Assembly: GCF_009834535.1 (NCBI RefSeq)
Contig: NC_045696.1
Coordinates: 32,304,001 to 32,368,000, forward strand
Direction of reading: 5' to 3'
Source of the DNA: Camelus ferus
Lineage: Eukaryota
DNA length: 64,000 nt
Notes under the pieces: model-generated
Databases searched by the model: none
Seen by the model: the letters and a program-made list of their open reading frames with translations, nothing else
What the model was told of the DNA's origin: nothing
Position numbers and translations under genes: made by a program
In this document: positions 63,696-64,000 of the stretch, piece by piece
How positions within the stretch are numbered: the first letter of the stretch is position 1
How the letters are laid out: every line of letters begins with the position of its first letter

Positions 63696-64000
63696 TCTCA
63701 GAATTTTTAAAGGAAAGCTTTTCATTCACATATCAATTGAAATCATAACTATGTGACAACCAATACTTTAACTTTTGTATTAATTTACGTATAGAGTATA
63801 TTTATATTTTAAACCAGCTTTGTTTGCCTTATTATTTAAGCTTCAGAATTTTGTTTTATACCTGGCCATTTTTGTTAGAATAAACTGAGGAAGCATAGAA
63901 ATCCAGAAATTTCTGTGAACTTTTTTCAAAATAAATATCAAAGGGATGTTATACTTTTCCAAGGTGAAGGAGTGAGTTATTCCTAAAATCATCACTGAAT

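Noticed and set aside
1959..63725. ORF-track entries as protein-coding genes
   Set aside because: All are 60-118 aa, many start at TTG/GTG, their composition reflects AT-rich DNA (F/L/I/K/Y), none resembles a protein I recognise, and many overlap repeats or microsatellites.
1..64000. Novel multi-gene system, operon, CRISPR array or defence locus
   Set aside because: The DNA is mammalian and non-coding. There is no ORF over 118 aa, no repeat-spacer array and no gene cluster.

Overview
This is AT-rich, CpG-depleted mammalian nuclear DNA, not prokaryotic. It is most likely camelid (alpaca, llama or camel), based on a tRNA-Ala-derived Vic-1-type SINE at 58004-58137 and camelid-type L1 3' ends. 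I find no credible protein-coding exon; the ORF track is explained by chance, microsatellites and decayed transposons. The window reads as the interior of very long intron(s) of a + strand gene. It holds one good candidate 91-nt non-coding exon (4406-4496) that I tentatively associate, from memory only, with an upstream 5'UTR exon of FOXP2. The rest is old MIR, L2 and L1M fragments, lineage-specific L1/SINE insertions with visible target-site duplications (TSDs), two solo LTRs, a Tigger2 MITE, a MER63 element, microsatellites and repeat-free blocks that look like conserved non-coding DNA. The most interesting signal is a textbook recursive-splice-site (RS) architecture 494 nt downstream of the exon: TACTAAC branch point, pyrimidine tract, CAG|GTGAGT, and a 73-nt RS-exon closed by GTAAGT. 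Using it would swap the exon's weak donor for a strong one and could switch an upstream ORF. A 700-bp AT-rich segment with unusual CpG retention (30933-31632) is unexplained. I see no evidence for a novel multi-gene system. Repeat names come from recalled consensus sequences, and boundaries of old repeats are approximate.
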